Shown here: piece after piece, positions 43,501-55,497 of the stretch
Layout: each line of letters begins with the position of its first letter
How positions within the stretch are numbered: position 1 is the first letter of the stretch
From: Veleropilina oligotropha
Lineage: Eukaryota
Assembly: GCA_048128005.1 (NCBI GenBank)
Contig: JBEUKZ010000075.1
Location: 62,001 to 126,000, forward strand
Direction of reading: 5' to 3'
DNA length: 64,000 nucleotides
Notes under the pieces: generated by a model
What the model saw: only the letters and a program-made list of their open reading frames with translations
Database searches by the model: none
Told to the model about the DNA's origin: nothing
Position numbers and translations under genes: made by a program

Positions 43501-45948
43501 GTGCACTCAGAATCAACTCAGATGATTGTGTACGATTCAAAGATTACTCTCAGACTGATAACTATCATAATCATATTACAAAAGGTGAATAACTTTTTAA
43601 TCACTATGATGATGTCCAGGATTCCAGGGAGAAAGATAATAATTTGTTCTTGTTTAGAACCAGATTTAAGATCTTTGGTTCTCGAAATATTATGATTTTC
43701 AAAATGTTTTAAAATATTATTAATTAAAACAATTTCAAATTCAAAGAAATTTATACATGTATGTAATTAACGTCATCATACGAAAAAGTATCAATAATGG
43801 TGTGTACATTTACAGAACCAATACACATTAATTATGGTGCCAGCAACTGTTGCTTGCTTCTTAGAAATTGTATTCAAAATTTGAGACTGTGACATGCCTG
43901 TCGAAAGCATGGAATATCATGAAAATCAACACATAAACAGCAGTTATGGACAAAGAATCATGAAGTGCCTTCACCCGGTATGGAGAAAATCAATACATAA
44001 ACAGCAGTTATGGACAAAGAATCATGAAGTACCTGCACCCGGTATGGAGGCCACATTCTTGCGACCCACAGAGCCAGCGAAAGGACTGAGATGATACAAC
44101 ATTTAAGGGACGAACTGAATAAATGATGAAAGCCAAAACATAATTTATCTCCTGATATCTGAGAAGATAACACAAGACCACGCGTAACTTCACAATTGTC
44201 TAATAAAGCTCTCCTTTCACTAGTGTACTGTCGAAAATCATTTCAATGTAATTTCCGAGCGACATTTATCGACACGTGATGACGTCCTATAGAAACCTCG
44301 CATCCGCGAGTTTATGTAATTGCATTATGCATTGCATTATTTTGGTCAAAGTCAGAATAATTTCACTTACTTAGTAAAGCGTGTGTAAATAATTTATGAA
44401 TATAGTCATTCAACATTGCAAATATTCGTTCTGCCTGGTTCCTTGCTCGTGTAACCTCGCGTGGCACGTCATCTTCGGGTTATGCACAATAGCTAGCATT
44501 TTCCGTTTTGGCGACTCTTTATTGGTTAACTCCGCAAACTCAGGTCAAATACTGATTACATTTTACTTTCGGCTATGTAAATGATGAGAGATTTCCCATT
44601 TCTATAAATAGAACATTACATAGTATTCTGAGGTGGGCTTTTGTCCCTGTACCACTAGCAGACGACAGTGACCTAGATATCATTCGACTCCAAGCTGGGT
44701 GTCGATTAATTAAGCAAATTTTATGAAATAAAGACTTGTCTGGTTTTATTGATATAATTTATTCTTTGGCCTATTATATTTTATTAGAAATTAAGTCACG
44801 AAATTCATTTGGCAACAACTGTTAGAAATTTTCAGTGACGATGTTAGTGTGTCACAGAATATCGCGCCGTGTCACAGAATATCGAGTTCTGACAATCACA
44901 AAAAAATATATATATATATATATATAAACTATTTTGGGTATTATATTACCCTCCTGGCGGAAAACTTGATCATATATTCATATATATATGACTATCAATA
45001 GATCATATATTCATATATATGTATGACTATCAATAGATCATATATATATATATATATATATATGTTGTAGGTAGCACCTAGATACGAATGCAGAATAGAG
45101 ATACAAATTATGAAATCCGTACCCTGCGATGTCTTCTTAATTTTTGAAACGCGTCTTTTATTCATAACGTCTAGTGTAAGCTGACACACATATTTCGCGA
45201 CGTCACACATTGTTGCTTAGCTACGCATTTTCTCTGATGTCACAACTTTCAAAACATCACGCCATTCTTGTAGCAAAAGATATATGCATAGACGATAGTC
45301 ATGGGTGTATATCAATTTGTCGCATTATTAATGTTATTGTACTTGGATGATTTGAAGTTTAAAATCGTCCATTGTCCCGTAATTACGTTGTTTTGCATAT
45401 CTCGTTGGTGCGAGATTTTGGTACTCCAATAAAACAAGATCAACAAGATCGAGTGATGAACACAAAACATTCGAAACATGGCTGACTCGAGTTTGCGCAG
45501 TGGTCAATTCGTGACCATCAGGTTCAAGTTGCAAGGTATGCACAGGTATGTGTATATATTGTGATCATGTCCCTAATAGGACGATCTTCGTTCGTTATGA
45601 CTATCAGTCTGTGCGAAACATGCATCCGATTCATTTTAGAGGCTGTTCGCTACACATTCACGAAAATGGCGTCAATACGGGCAATAGTCACTTTAGCTGG
45701 AATCTGAATACATCTGTACATCCATTGGATTATTTATTATTATAATTAATACAATGAGGTGCTTCAATTAATTGTAATAAACTTTAATAAGTAGACCTAT
45801 TCAACATTCATTCACAAAAATGTTATGTACCATTAGACTTAGAGGTTAGGAATACGAATATTTTTTAAGCTATTTTATTTTTCATTACGTGTTGGAAGCT
45901 AGTGCTACGAGTGTCCTGACCAATCTCACAAATAAAGGTTCTTGATTT

Positions 45949-46215
45949 GGGGGCCGCTTCGGCAGCGCAGTGGGTAGAGTGTCCACTCGAACTTCACTGG
46001 CTTGTTTCCGCTGACGCGAACAGTAGTGGGATCGACCCCCGGCTGAGGCAGCACACATTTGTTCAAGTTATGAAGCACAGTTGTCCGTGACTGGCCGAAG
46101 AGGGCGGGTTTACCCGGCGACCGGGGTTTCCTCCCGCGATAACACGGACATGTCCTGCCTTGAACCTCGATGTTATAAATATACAGGACATTAAGCATAA
46201 TTCCTCCTCCTCCTC
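45949..46215 (+). mobile_element. tRNA-derived SINE (V-domain-like), full length
   Basis: GGGCCGCTTCGGCAGCGCAGTGGGTAGAG head, B-box-like GGGATCGACCCCC, GGGTTTACCCGGCGACCGGGGTTTCCTCCC domain, (CCT)n tail; multiple copies in the window. Confidence 0.85.
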
Positions 46216-46556
46216 TTGATTCAGATTAATACCTCCTTGATTACACACTGTGGCAGAAATAACGGTACATGGGTACGATACACCAGTGGGTGCGATCGCC
46301 GCCCAGACGTCATTTCGCTAGCTTGCTAGTACTCTACGACGGTATTACAACCAGCGAAATCGCCGCATCTCTCTCCGTTGGTCTCTTCGAGCAGGGCCCG
46401 ATATCGCCGTTATCCTTCTGCGAGATAATACGTCGAAGTCTTCAGAATCAATATCGATTCAGATTTCTCAAGAGGAAACCAGATTATTACTCACAACTAT
46501 TATCCATGAAAATACTACGCAACGTTGATTTTACACAATACTAATAACATATTTAC

Positions 46557-46629
46557 CTAATCGTGGTAGTTCGGCTAAATATCCTGGCAGTATGAGCAGC
46601 AATCCCGCTGATATCAAACGCCAAGACAT
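46557..46629 (-). CDS. NPDC1: NPDC1-like gene, first coding exon (signal peptide MSWRLISAGLLLILPGYLAELPRL)
   Basis: ACG-ATG start, hydrophobic core, TTAG|gtaaat donor in phase 1, matching the 24548 acceptor; lies in a CpG-rich region. Confidence 0.75.
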
Positions 46630-46732
46630 CGTTGTTTTGCCAGGAATTATCTTAAATATTAGCGTGTCGAGCCATTTTCTGTGCTGAGAGATCTCGCGAA
46701 GCTTTGAGAAGTCAGACGAGATGACAACAAAC
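46630..46732. promoter_or_regulatory. Shared bidirectional promoter / 5' region
   Basis: Lies between divergent ATGs; TCTCGCGA (BANP/CGCG-like) at 46692-46699 and AACATGGCGG (YY1/Kozak-like) at 46730-46739; CpG enriched relative to the flanks. Confidence 0.65.
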
Positions 46733-46762
46733 ATGGCGGCCAAAGGAGAGGTCGTATACGAG
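46733..46762 (+). CDS. DOK/IRS-like docking protein exon 1 (MAAKGEVVYE; in-frame upstream ATG at 46721)
   Basis: AACATGG start, GAG|gtgggt donor in phase 0; supplies PH strand beta-1, which continues in exon 2. Confidence 0.75.
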
Positions 46763-47258
46763 GTGGGTTTGTACAAGGCAAAGAAATCCTGTATTGAACA
46801 AGAAATTCTTAAAAACAATGATATTTATGTGAAGTCACACAATAACAAAATTAAAAAGGACAGCGAACCGAAGCAGCCTTAACAAAATTAGTCTTGAATC
46901 ATACCATTTTAATGGGGAACTATTTCAGTATTGACTCGTACGATTTAAATGTGTAATAATTTTATCTTTACTCTTAACATTATGATCCAAACAAAGATGA
47001 TATGTAGTAAATTGATCGAAATTAAGCAACATGATTATGTATTTCTCATTATTTGATATAGTATTATACGCTATGCCTGATTTCAGTAAAAAAACACAAT
47101 TTTACTGGATTTTTGTCATTTATAAACAGGAAATAGAAATGTTAATATTCAATTTATATATGAAGATTACCTAAAACTTATTGTAAGTGACATGTGGTAT
47201 GGTAGATTTCGTTCTTCTGAAGCTATCTTTTAATCCACATTGTTTTATCCCTTATAAC

Positions 47259-48308
47259 CAGTGGCGTAGGAAGCAATTTTTTTGGGGGGGGTAATTAAAA
47301 AATTTTGGGGGGGGTAATTAAAACAGAAGAAGAAAGGGCACTTCCTAAATAATTTTATATAAAGGTAATTTTGAGCCCTACATTGGTGCGTATGTATGTG
47401 TGATTACTGTGGGGGTTGACTACATTTTTTCAAATAGAAATATGAAGACAGTCAAATTATGCTTCGATTCCCCACGCAGAAGAAAATGTTGACACTTAAT
47501 CGTGCCAAACCCTCTCCTGTATTCTGAGATCGGCTCGCTAATGTGGTATTTCTTACCAACATCTTTGAATCATTTTCACCACTGTAAAAGTTTTCAATTT
47601 GAAAGATAGGCCAAAGATGTTTTTGAAATATAATATGCAGCTGTATATATGACCAGGGAATACAACATTGACGGGGACATGATGGTCAACAGGACTTTGA
47701 AGGGCCTTACGGGGTCGAATTATGCTATCAATGGCCCGCGTCGTGGGACCCTGTTCTCCCGGGGAAGAATTTTTGGACAAATAACCGTGCGAAACACCCT
47801 CTCCTGTAGTCTGATGATGTAAATGTGATATTTTTTAAGAACATTTACGAATCATTTCACCATTCAATAGAAGAAATTTTTGACAATTAACCGTGCGAAA
47901 CGCTCTCTCCTGTATTCTGATGATGTAAATGTGATATTTCTTAACAATATGTGAAGTCTTCTGTCTATGGGCATCAGTAAAATATTGAGGAGTGAAATAC
48001 CCCCCCCCCCCCCCCCCCCTTATTGTATAAAAATTGCATAAAGTGGGCATGGTTGATCGAGAGCAGATTTTGCTCGAGAAGGGATTTTGATCTAAAATGG
48101 AGATGGTGCACACATAGAAACTAGGAAGTCGGATATATACTTTTGAGTCTGTCCAAGGGCACCAATAAAAAAATGGGTGGAGGGGTAATACCCGTTATTT
48201 TATAACAAACTTTGAGCCAGCATATATAATTTGAGTGCAAATCTAAGGGAATTTCTAAAAATTTGGGGGGTATTTACCCCACCTACACCCCCGGATCCTA
48301 CGCCACTG
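47259..48308. mobile_element. hAT-like non-autonomous element, flanking 5-bp repeat ATAAC
   Basis: CAGTGGCGTAGGA / TCCTACGCCACTG TIRs; ATAAC at 47254-47258 and 48309-48313. Confidence 0.8.
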
Positions 48309-48435
48309 ATAACAACGAAGTTGTCCGGTGATATTATTTAGAAACGTGTTCCGTCTTTGCGACCGTCCGACTTATTGAGAATATCTATGAATATGTCTTC
48401 TTTTTATGTCTTGACCTTTTTGTATCATTATCAAA

Positions 48436-48470
<35 letters not shown>

Positions 48471-49109
48471 CATATTTATATATACGTCGATTTATTTGTA
48501 AACTACTGGCTCCATTTTCACCAAAATTGGTACACACATTCCCACGAGTATTTGAAAGTCGTGTATATAACTTTCGCGACACAATATTGCAACAATATGC
48601 ATTTATTCGGCACTTTTATGCATATATGCTATATAACGTATGTCAAATATTTCTAGTAAATAGCAATGACGTCATTACGACGTCGTTTTAGATTAAACGT
48701 CATTGGTGACGTCACAATCGACGGTAAAGTCATGAAGTACACTTCGCCATTGTAACATTATAACTGTTATGAAAATTTGACGGAAATAAAGAAAGGTCAA
48801 GTCATATTCCGAACGCGTCGTTCTTGTTTTACTAAACTTTAATCCATTGATATCGTAAAACGTAATAAAATATCTCGGAACATATCAACCATGCCCATAT
48901 GACAGTCGTCCATTCAGTGAAAAAAGGAACTTTCCTCTAATTTATTCTGACCGAAATAGGCATACACTTGAGACAGAAATGATCAGCTATGAAACTGACT
49001 GCGCTATGACTGACAAATTTGTTTAAGTTTTATTTACTTCCATTCGATTTGTTTTCTGACCACATTTTATAAGTTTTCTTTTATACAGTTATATTGTAAA
49101 TTAATTGGA

Positions 49110-49295
49110 ACACATATGTGGGTTCAAACCCCCGCTCCGGCAAGACTAATTTTAACGCTTAAAACTAATAAAAGGCATACATCCCTAATGTATGTTGGTC
49201 AGATAGAAGTGACACCTTAAACCGGGTGTCCAGAATATGATGCAGCTGAATAATTGCTAAAAGTGGTCGTTAAACAATGTTTCCAACCAACCAAC
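49110..49295 (+). mobile_element. Meta-SINE-like fragment
   Basis: B box GGTTCAAACCC, core shared with 11600-11826, tail GCTGAATAATTGCTAAAAGTGG..TTAAAC..(CCAA)n. Confidence 0.65.
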
Positions 49296-49410
49296 ATATT
49301 AACATATCCGTTTGAAGGATGAGTAACACTTATAGGTTTTGAAACCCTCTCTTTTCATAGTTTTAAGCAATGTTAGCTGCATCAACACATCACCCAATTT
49401 ATTCTTGCAG

Positions 49411-49567
49411 GATTACCTATATAAGTTAACAGGAACAAAGCGCTGGATATTCAGATTCAGACGTAATCCATGGAGGTTAAAGTACTTTGTGCTGAAGAAA
49501 TATGGAGATAAACCAGTGCTAGAATACCACAATAAAAAACCAAGAAACCCAAAGGCAACACCAAGAG
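49411..49567 (+). CDS. DOK/IRS-like exon 2 (PH domain: DYLYKL...WRLKYFVLKK...VLEYH)
   Basis: ttcttgcag acceptor, gtgagt donor, phase 0 to 1; PH motif W..KYFVL...LEY. Confidence 0.9.
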
Positions 49568-50954
49568 GTGAGTACTGTGTAGTCTGTGTATCTGGTCAGT
49601 TTAGGCAATACCAGGTCCAACTCCAAGAGGTCCATACTGTAACGGTGTATAATACATAGTCTGGTGCGGTAACACAAAGGGGTGAATACATGTAGTATAC
49701 TAAGTAACTTCAGGCCTTCATTTTTTAGGTGCGCGATCGCTCTCGCGCACCTCCGCCCTTGCAAACGTTGCATGAGGTGCGCGATTAATAGCGCGCGTGG
49801 AAAAATCGATAAAACAATGCTTTCCAACATATTTAAATTTACGACGCAGCAAACGTACCATATATTACTTACTAAATCAGTTTTTTTATTCACGTTCTAA
49901 GTTTCCATCGCGTATACCGGAAGTAAACATGTCATTCGATTCTCGTTTCTTTTTAAACCAGTATTGGTAGCTGGCAAACTTTCTATTTTTCGACCATAAG
50001 AATAAATAAATGAATTTCCGTTAAAAAAGTATTTCCGTTGCTATTATCATGAATTAGTATTATCACTAATAACAAGCAGAGCTCATTTTGCTTATTAGAT
50101 ATAGTATTTCGACGAACTTTCCGAGTTTTGGAAGAAGGAATAAAATGCAATCATAGCACACGTGCTCGCGGTGTCGGCGCAGTTGTCTCTGGCAGGTTTC
50201 ATCTCGCGATAATATGAACATGTCCTGCATTGAACCTGAAGGTTGTAAATATACAGGACACTAAGCATCAATCCAATCAATCTATACCAAGTAAAAACTT
50301 CCTTTCGTGACCATCTCTGTAAAATATTTGACATGACATGCATGTATGTCAGACATGTTGTTAGTGACATCATTTCATCATAATCTGGCTCTTTTATTTT
50401 ATTCGAAGATCATCACTCGCCTGAAAAAATTCACTCCCGCAACAGTTGATCTGCCGGAGTGATTTATCACTCGTCTTCAGTAATGATGGCTTGTAACTTT
50501 ATATATTTGGTTAGCTTGCAAGTTGGGTGACACCGAGATACAAGTACTGTCAGTTTACATAACCTAAGCGGTGGATACTGTAGAATCTAGATCTATCCAA
50601 TAACCCAAGCTGACTGGCAGCAACAATGTTTTTAAAATCAGTGAAACAAAACAAAATTTTAATATAGTGTACAGTCGTAAGTTACAAAAATTACTTTGTT
50701 TGGGGATGATTTGTAATAATATACTTATATAATTGGGTTTACTGTACATACTACAAGAAACTTACAGAAATCATTGCAGTACTGGATTGTTTTATAGGAT
50801 TGCAACTTGATAAATTGCAAGTCAAAGATTCGCAATGAAGTGCATCCAGAAACAACATTTAATGCTTCATTTACACTTCTTGATTTATATATAGATTTTG
50901 CAGCAGATCTTTATGAACTTAATTTAATACTTTGTGTAAATCTTTATATTGCAG

Positions 50955-51137
50955 GTAAAATCTATCTATGGCCTTCATTCCGAGTGGAGAAAATCGTTAA
51001 TACCAAGAATCGAGCTTACGTGTTTGAGGTGACGACCCCAGATAAACTGCTCTGTCTCTCTGCCGACGAACAGAAAACCATGGATATGTTTGTCTTCTTC
51101 ATTCAGATCCAACTGAGACTCATCGATGAAATCAAAG
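50955..51137 (+). CDS. DOK/IRS-like exon 3 (PH domain C-half: GKIYLW...YVFEVTTPDKLLCLSADEQKTMD)
   Basis: attgcag acceptor, gtgagc donor, phase 1-1. Confidence 0.9.
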
Positions 51138-51227
51138 GTGAGCAGCAGCTCAGGGTTCTATGCAGTATACTCTTGTGTACTATATAGCACAAAGCAGTGA
51201 CAAGTAACGGGGCAGTGAAGTACAGCT

Positions 51228-51434
51228 CTCATCACTATATTTGTGACTGGGTAAGCGACCATACCTCTGATCACTATATTCATGGCCGGGTAGTCGACCA
51301 TAGCTCTGATCATTATATTTGTGACTGGGTAGTCGACCATAGCTCTGATCACTATTTTCATGGCTGGGTAGTCGACCATAGCTCTTATCACTATATTCAT
51401 GGCTGGGTAGTCGACCATAGCTCTGATCACTATT
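51228..51434. repeat. 39-bp intronic minisatellite, ~5 copies
   Basis: TAGTCGACCATAGCTCTGATCACTATATTCATGGCTGGG units. Confidence 0.9.
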
Positions 51435-51712
51435 ATATATAATAATGCATTTGTTGGTGACAATTAGTTTTAAAACGCACCCACACATGACCAAAGATTT
51501 TAAACAAAAAAATGTATTAAATGGAATTATTTGTAAGCGTAAACTAATGGCATAAAAGATGACTTCAACATTTCAATGTTTTGTGATATGGCTTGCAATA
51601 CCACCTATGCTAAAATAGTTATGTAAAGAAAATGTTACACTTGTGCACTTCAGTTTTAAGTCTTCATGTACACATTGGTTATTAACAGGTATTTAAATTT
51701 GTGTCATTACAG

Positions 51713-51825
51713 ATGAAGTCTTTCTGGTTGAACCTGAAAATTCAGAAACCCTGCGTCGAATTGGTGCTAAGGGAACCAGTTGTATAATGCATGTCTCGCC
51801 GTATGGTGTGACGTTAGCGCTACAG
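51713..51825 (+). CDS. DOK/IRS-like exon 4 (PTB N-part: DEVFLVEPENSETLRRIG...VSPYGVTLALQ)
   Basis: cattacag acceptor, gtattg donor, phase 1 to 0; open frame. Confidence 0.88.
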
Positions 51826-51840
51826 GTATTGTATGTATAG

Positions 51841-52184
51841 GTTACTAACCGAGTTGGAGGTATTCATCGATTTGAAAGACCTGCGCCCGTGCGGATCGTG
51901 ACACCGAGACCGCGTAGCGGTCGAGGTGTTACAGCACGGAAGCAGGTCTTTCAAATCGATGAATACCGACTAACGAGGTTTGTAACCGACTTACACAACA
52001 GCCAATTAGCGCCTTTGTTGTCAATTTATCTTGTGATCAGCTTTATCCGTCTTGCACGGATGCAGGTCGGTATAGAGTGAAAAGTAGGGTGGTATGGCTA
52101 TACCACCCTACTTTTGAATCGTCATTGAAAACAAGGTGTTCACGCTGAATACCAACCTCTTCAAAACAAAAGAGCCGTTGTGTA
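51841..52184. mobile_element. Palindromic non-autonomous element (Crypton-like architecture)
   Basis: ~150-bp palindrome centred on GACCGCGTAGCGGTC, then TTACACAACAGC / GCCGTTGTGTAA; same layout as 4582-5037. Confidence 0.55.
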
Positions 52185-52252
52185 AGGTTACATATGGACT
52201 ACTATGTTTATTATGAATGTTGGTCATCATGTTAAATGCATGTTTGTGAAAA

Positions 52253-52590
52253 TAACTGTGTCCACCTTACATTACTGTACACGTTGTGAATTAACTGTGT
52301 CCACTTACATTACTGAAAACGTTGTGAATTAACTGTGTCCACCTTACATTACTGAACACGTTGTGATTTAACTGTGTCCACTTACATTACTGAACACATT
52401 GTGAATTAACTGTGTCTACCTTACATTAATGAACACGTTGTGATTTAACTGTGTCCACCTTACATTACTGAACACGTTGTGATTTAACTGTGTCCACTTA
52501 CATTACTGAACACGTTGTGAATTAACTGTGTCCACCTTACATTACTGAACACGTTGTGATTTAACTGTGTCCACCTTACGTTACTGAACA
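52253..52590. repeat. 38-39 bp intronic minisatellite, ~9 copies
   Basis: TAACTGTGTCCACCTTACATTACTGAACACGTTGTGAAT units. Confidence 0.92.
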
Positions 52591-52850
52591 CTACGCAATC
52601 ATTATCTGCTGTGTTGATTGCGATGTCATTGATGTTGAAATGTGACAATTATAAATCATATCATTGAAAACGTATAGTGCTTGAATTTCAATTAACCAGA
52701 TCAGATGTATCTGTTTTAGGTGGGCACCGCCTCCAGAAATGACTATGATCATCCATCCAACCATTTTGTATCGAACTGTTCGTTCTCGATCAACCGTGCT
52801 CACCTTATGCAACTGTGTTGTGTTCTCTTAATGAATATTTTGCTTTTCAG

Positions 52851-53054
52851 TCAACACGGAATATTCTAGCGCAATGGCCATTAAAGTGTATACGTTGGTA
52901 CGAGAGTTCGGGTCGTGGAGAATTCACCATCGAAGCAGGAAAGATTGCCCCGCTGGGCGACGGCCTGTACGTGTTCAACACCAAGCAAGGAGATGACAAT
53001 AAGCTGTATGACCTGCTGGACCGCTACGTTGTGGATGCGCTAGGCAGGATTGAG
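52851..53054 (+). CDS. DOK/IRS-like exon 5 (IRS-type PTB: QWPLKCIRWY...FTIEAGKIAPLGDGLYVFNT)
   Basis: cttttcag acceptor, gtacag donor, phase 0-0; matches the DOK/FRS2 PTB signature WP...LRRYG....F.FEAGR....G.G.F.F.T. Confidence 0.93.
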
Positions 53055-53124
53055 GTACAGTGTCTTGAAATGACGTGTTTAGCAAAGTGCCGTTTTGTAT
53101 GATTATCTTTGCATGGGTTTGGAT

Positions 53125-53355
53125 CGATGCTCTATGTCCCGTTTTTACAGACTTCAGGTTCAAACCTGAACATATACATATCGCGGGGGGAAAGCCTGGT
53201 CGCCCAGGAAAATCCACCCTCAGCGGCCAGTTATGGATAACTGTGACTGTTAACTGAACAAAGAGAGCCCTGTCGTGGATTTGAATCCACTCCTGTTAGA
53301 CGGTCAAAGATTCCAGAGTCTTATCCACTCAAGTTGACTCAACTACCGGTGCAGC
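53125..53355 (-). mobile_element. Diverged copy of the V-like tRNA SINE
   Basis: CAGGTTCAA..GGGGAAAGCCTGGTCGCCCAGGAAAATCCACCCT..GGCCAGTTATGGATAACTGTG similarity to the 45949 family. Confidence 0.65.
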
Positions 53356-53945
53356 CTGCACAGGAAATTGTCATTCGTCAACGACAAGATCAAAGTACAA
53401 AGTTCAAAAGAAATTGGTCAGACAAAACACTGTGTAATGTTTAATTTTAATCGAATTTTAAATAACCACTAGCCACACTCATCAGATATAGCCCACCAAT
53501 GAAATCTGTTACCCAGGGTGCGATCACCAGCATCTGTTCAGCAAGTAATAGGAACCGCTAATGAGAGTGAATGTCATAATATTTGTTCTGTTCGTGCATG
53601 AAGATTCTTTTTACTTTCCATCCATCATTTGCAGTGTCTCCCAGCGATACCTGCTGTTACTTGACAAAATTTCAAATTTTGCCAAGTATGTTGGTCTGTT
53701 CTGTTTGTTTTTCTGTTAGCAATCGAACTGTAAACTTAACATGAAGTTTGAGTCATGAACACGTCAAACCGATTAACTTTTGATGAGGGCTCGTACGCGT
53801 CCTTAAAATCCTTGAAATTCATCAAGTCTTAGTCATTGATTCATGATACATTATAATTTGATGCACATCAATAAATATTGCTCGACTAACTCACATCTTG
53901 GATCTATTTCTGAATGAAACGTGGTTGTAATTATGTTTATTTCAG

Positions 53946-54096
53946 CCGAAGCAGAACACGTTAGAGCAGATTGAGGACTACGTGATCGAGACGAACAGAC
54001 TACAGGCGCTGACGACCGTGTGTGCGTGCTCCCAGATCCACGGAGAGGTCCCCAGCATCCTGAGGGTCAACTGGAACCACTTCGTGCAGACGCGGA
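53946..54096 (+). CDS. DOK/IRS-like exon 6 (PKQNTLEQIEDYVIE...NWNHFVQTR)
   Basis: tatttcag acceptor; donor GGA|gtcagt (phase 1) chosen because it keeps exons 7-8 in frame. Confidence 0.75.
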
Positions 54097-54577
54097 GTCA
54101 GTTTGCGGCTTAATATAGCTCAATATAATGCACATGTAGTCAGTGCACGGCTTAATATGGCTCATAATGCACGCGCAGTCAGTGTACGGCTTAATATGGC
54201 TCAATATAATGCAAGTGTAGTCGGTGTACGGCTTAATATGGCTCATAATGCATGCGTAGTCAGCGTACGACTTAATATGGCTCAATATAATGCACGTGTA
54301 GTCAGTGTACAGCTAAATATGGCTCAATATAATGCACGTGCAGTCAGTGTATGGCTCAATATAATGCACGTGTAGTCAGCGTACAGCTTAATATGGCTCA
54401 ATATAATGCACGTGCAGTCAGTGTACGGCTCAATATAATGCACGTGCAGTCAGTGTACGGCTTAATATGGCTCAATATAATGCACGCGTAGTCGGTGTAC
54501 GGCTTAATATGGCTCATAATGCACGCGTAGTCAGTGCACGGCTTAATATGGCTCATAATGCACGCGTAGTCGGTGTA
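54091..54577. repeat. ~40-43 bp minisatellite starting at the exon 6 donor
   Basis: CGCGTAGTCAGTGTACGGCTTAATATGGCTCAATATAATGCA-type units, about 12 copies. Confidence 0.9.
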
Positions 54578-55060
54578 CTTACGGTCTCAACTCTTATATT
54601 AATGCTGCGTATACACTTTGATCTTGAATGTTAACATTATATACCATCATTTTCTCACATTTTTCCGAGACCCTGTATCACACTCCCATCTGATACCAGT
54701 TAAGAACACATTCTCCATCATATAAATAAAAAATGGCTACAAACACACTACTTCAGGTCACTATAAAACAATCTGTACAGGTATTTGCTTTTATTATATT
54801 TTTCGAAAGTAACATTTTCCACACGATACTAATAACGTCCTTATGTATGCCTTGCCCCAGATCGACAAAATATGGCACTGGATTAAAGGTCAAGGCTATT
54901 AACTCCTTTCTAGACTTTACTTTCTGTTAGCACTATGTCATTATCTTCAAATAAAAGTGTAATTATGGGGAAAAGTTTTTTATTTGAGTTATGGATTATT
55001 TTATCCTTATATATATGTACATACTACATCATGATCAGCGTTATCGTTTTCCACTTTCAG

Positions 55061-55133
55061 TGTCCCTGCCAATAGGTGCTGAGGTGTCTGTTGCCAGCCT
55101 GCAAAGCATTGTACCCTACAGAGATGGATTGAG
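55061..55133 (+). CDS. DOK/IRS-like exon 7 (SLPIGAEVSVASLQSIVPYRDGL)
   Basis: actttcag acceptor, AG|gtaagc donor, phase 1 to 2. Confidence 0.8.
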
Positions 55134-55497
55134 GTAAGCCTGTCAGGTGCATGTTGGGTACACTTGAGTGTTAATACATTTGCATGTATTAGGTATTGCC
55201 GATATTTACCTGATATAATTAGATGGATGATTGATGCTTAATGTTCCGTAAACATGGTCACCAGGGGAAACGATTGATAACGGAACAAATAATGTTAATG
55301 CCCCAACCGAGATTTGAACCCACTCCTGTTAGCGCAATCGAGCCAGTGATTTCAGAGTTGGCACTTGATACCTCTCGACTACCGGGATACCTTTAATCCA
55401 CCTGTCAGACTGAGTGAAAAATATAATAATGTGATATGCTGACTTTATATCTTTATCAATTTTCATTTGATTTTAATTGATTTCTGCTGTATTTCAG

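Noticed and set aside
45949..46050. Stand-alone tRNA genes (also at 9574, 11760 and 63287)
   Set aside because: The tRNA-like heads continue into shared SINE bodies and tails and have no clean cloverleaf.
46269..46544. 91-aa plus-strand ORF and CpG-rich stretch next to the promoter
   Set aside because: No recognisable domain or consistent splice phase on either strand; best explained as CpG-rich promoter-proximal intron.
47805..47905. CTGATGA...stem...GAA hammerhead-like motif inside the hAT-like element
   Set aside because: The putative stem II is followed by GAAT rather than GAAA, and no stem III/UH or stem I could be built; it lies within a short internal duplication.
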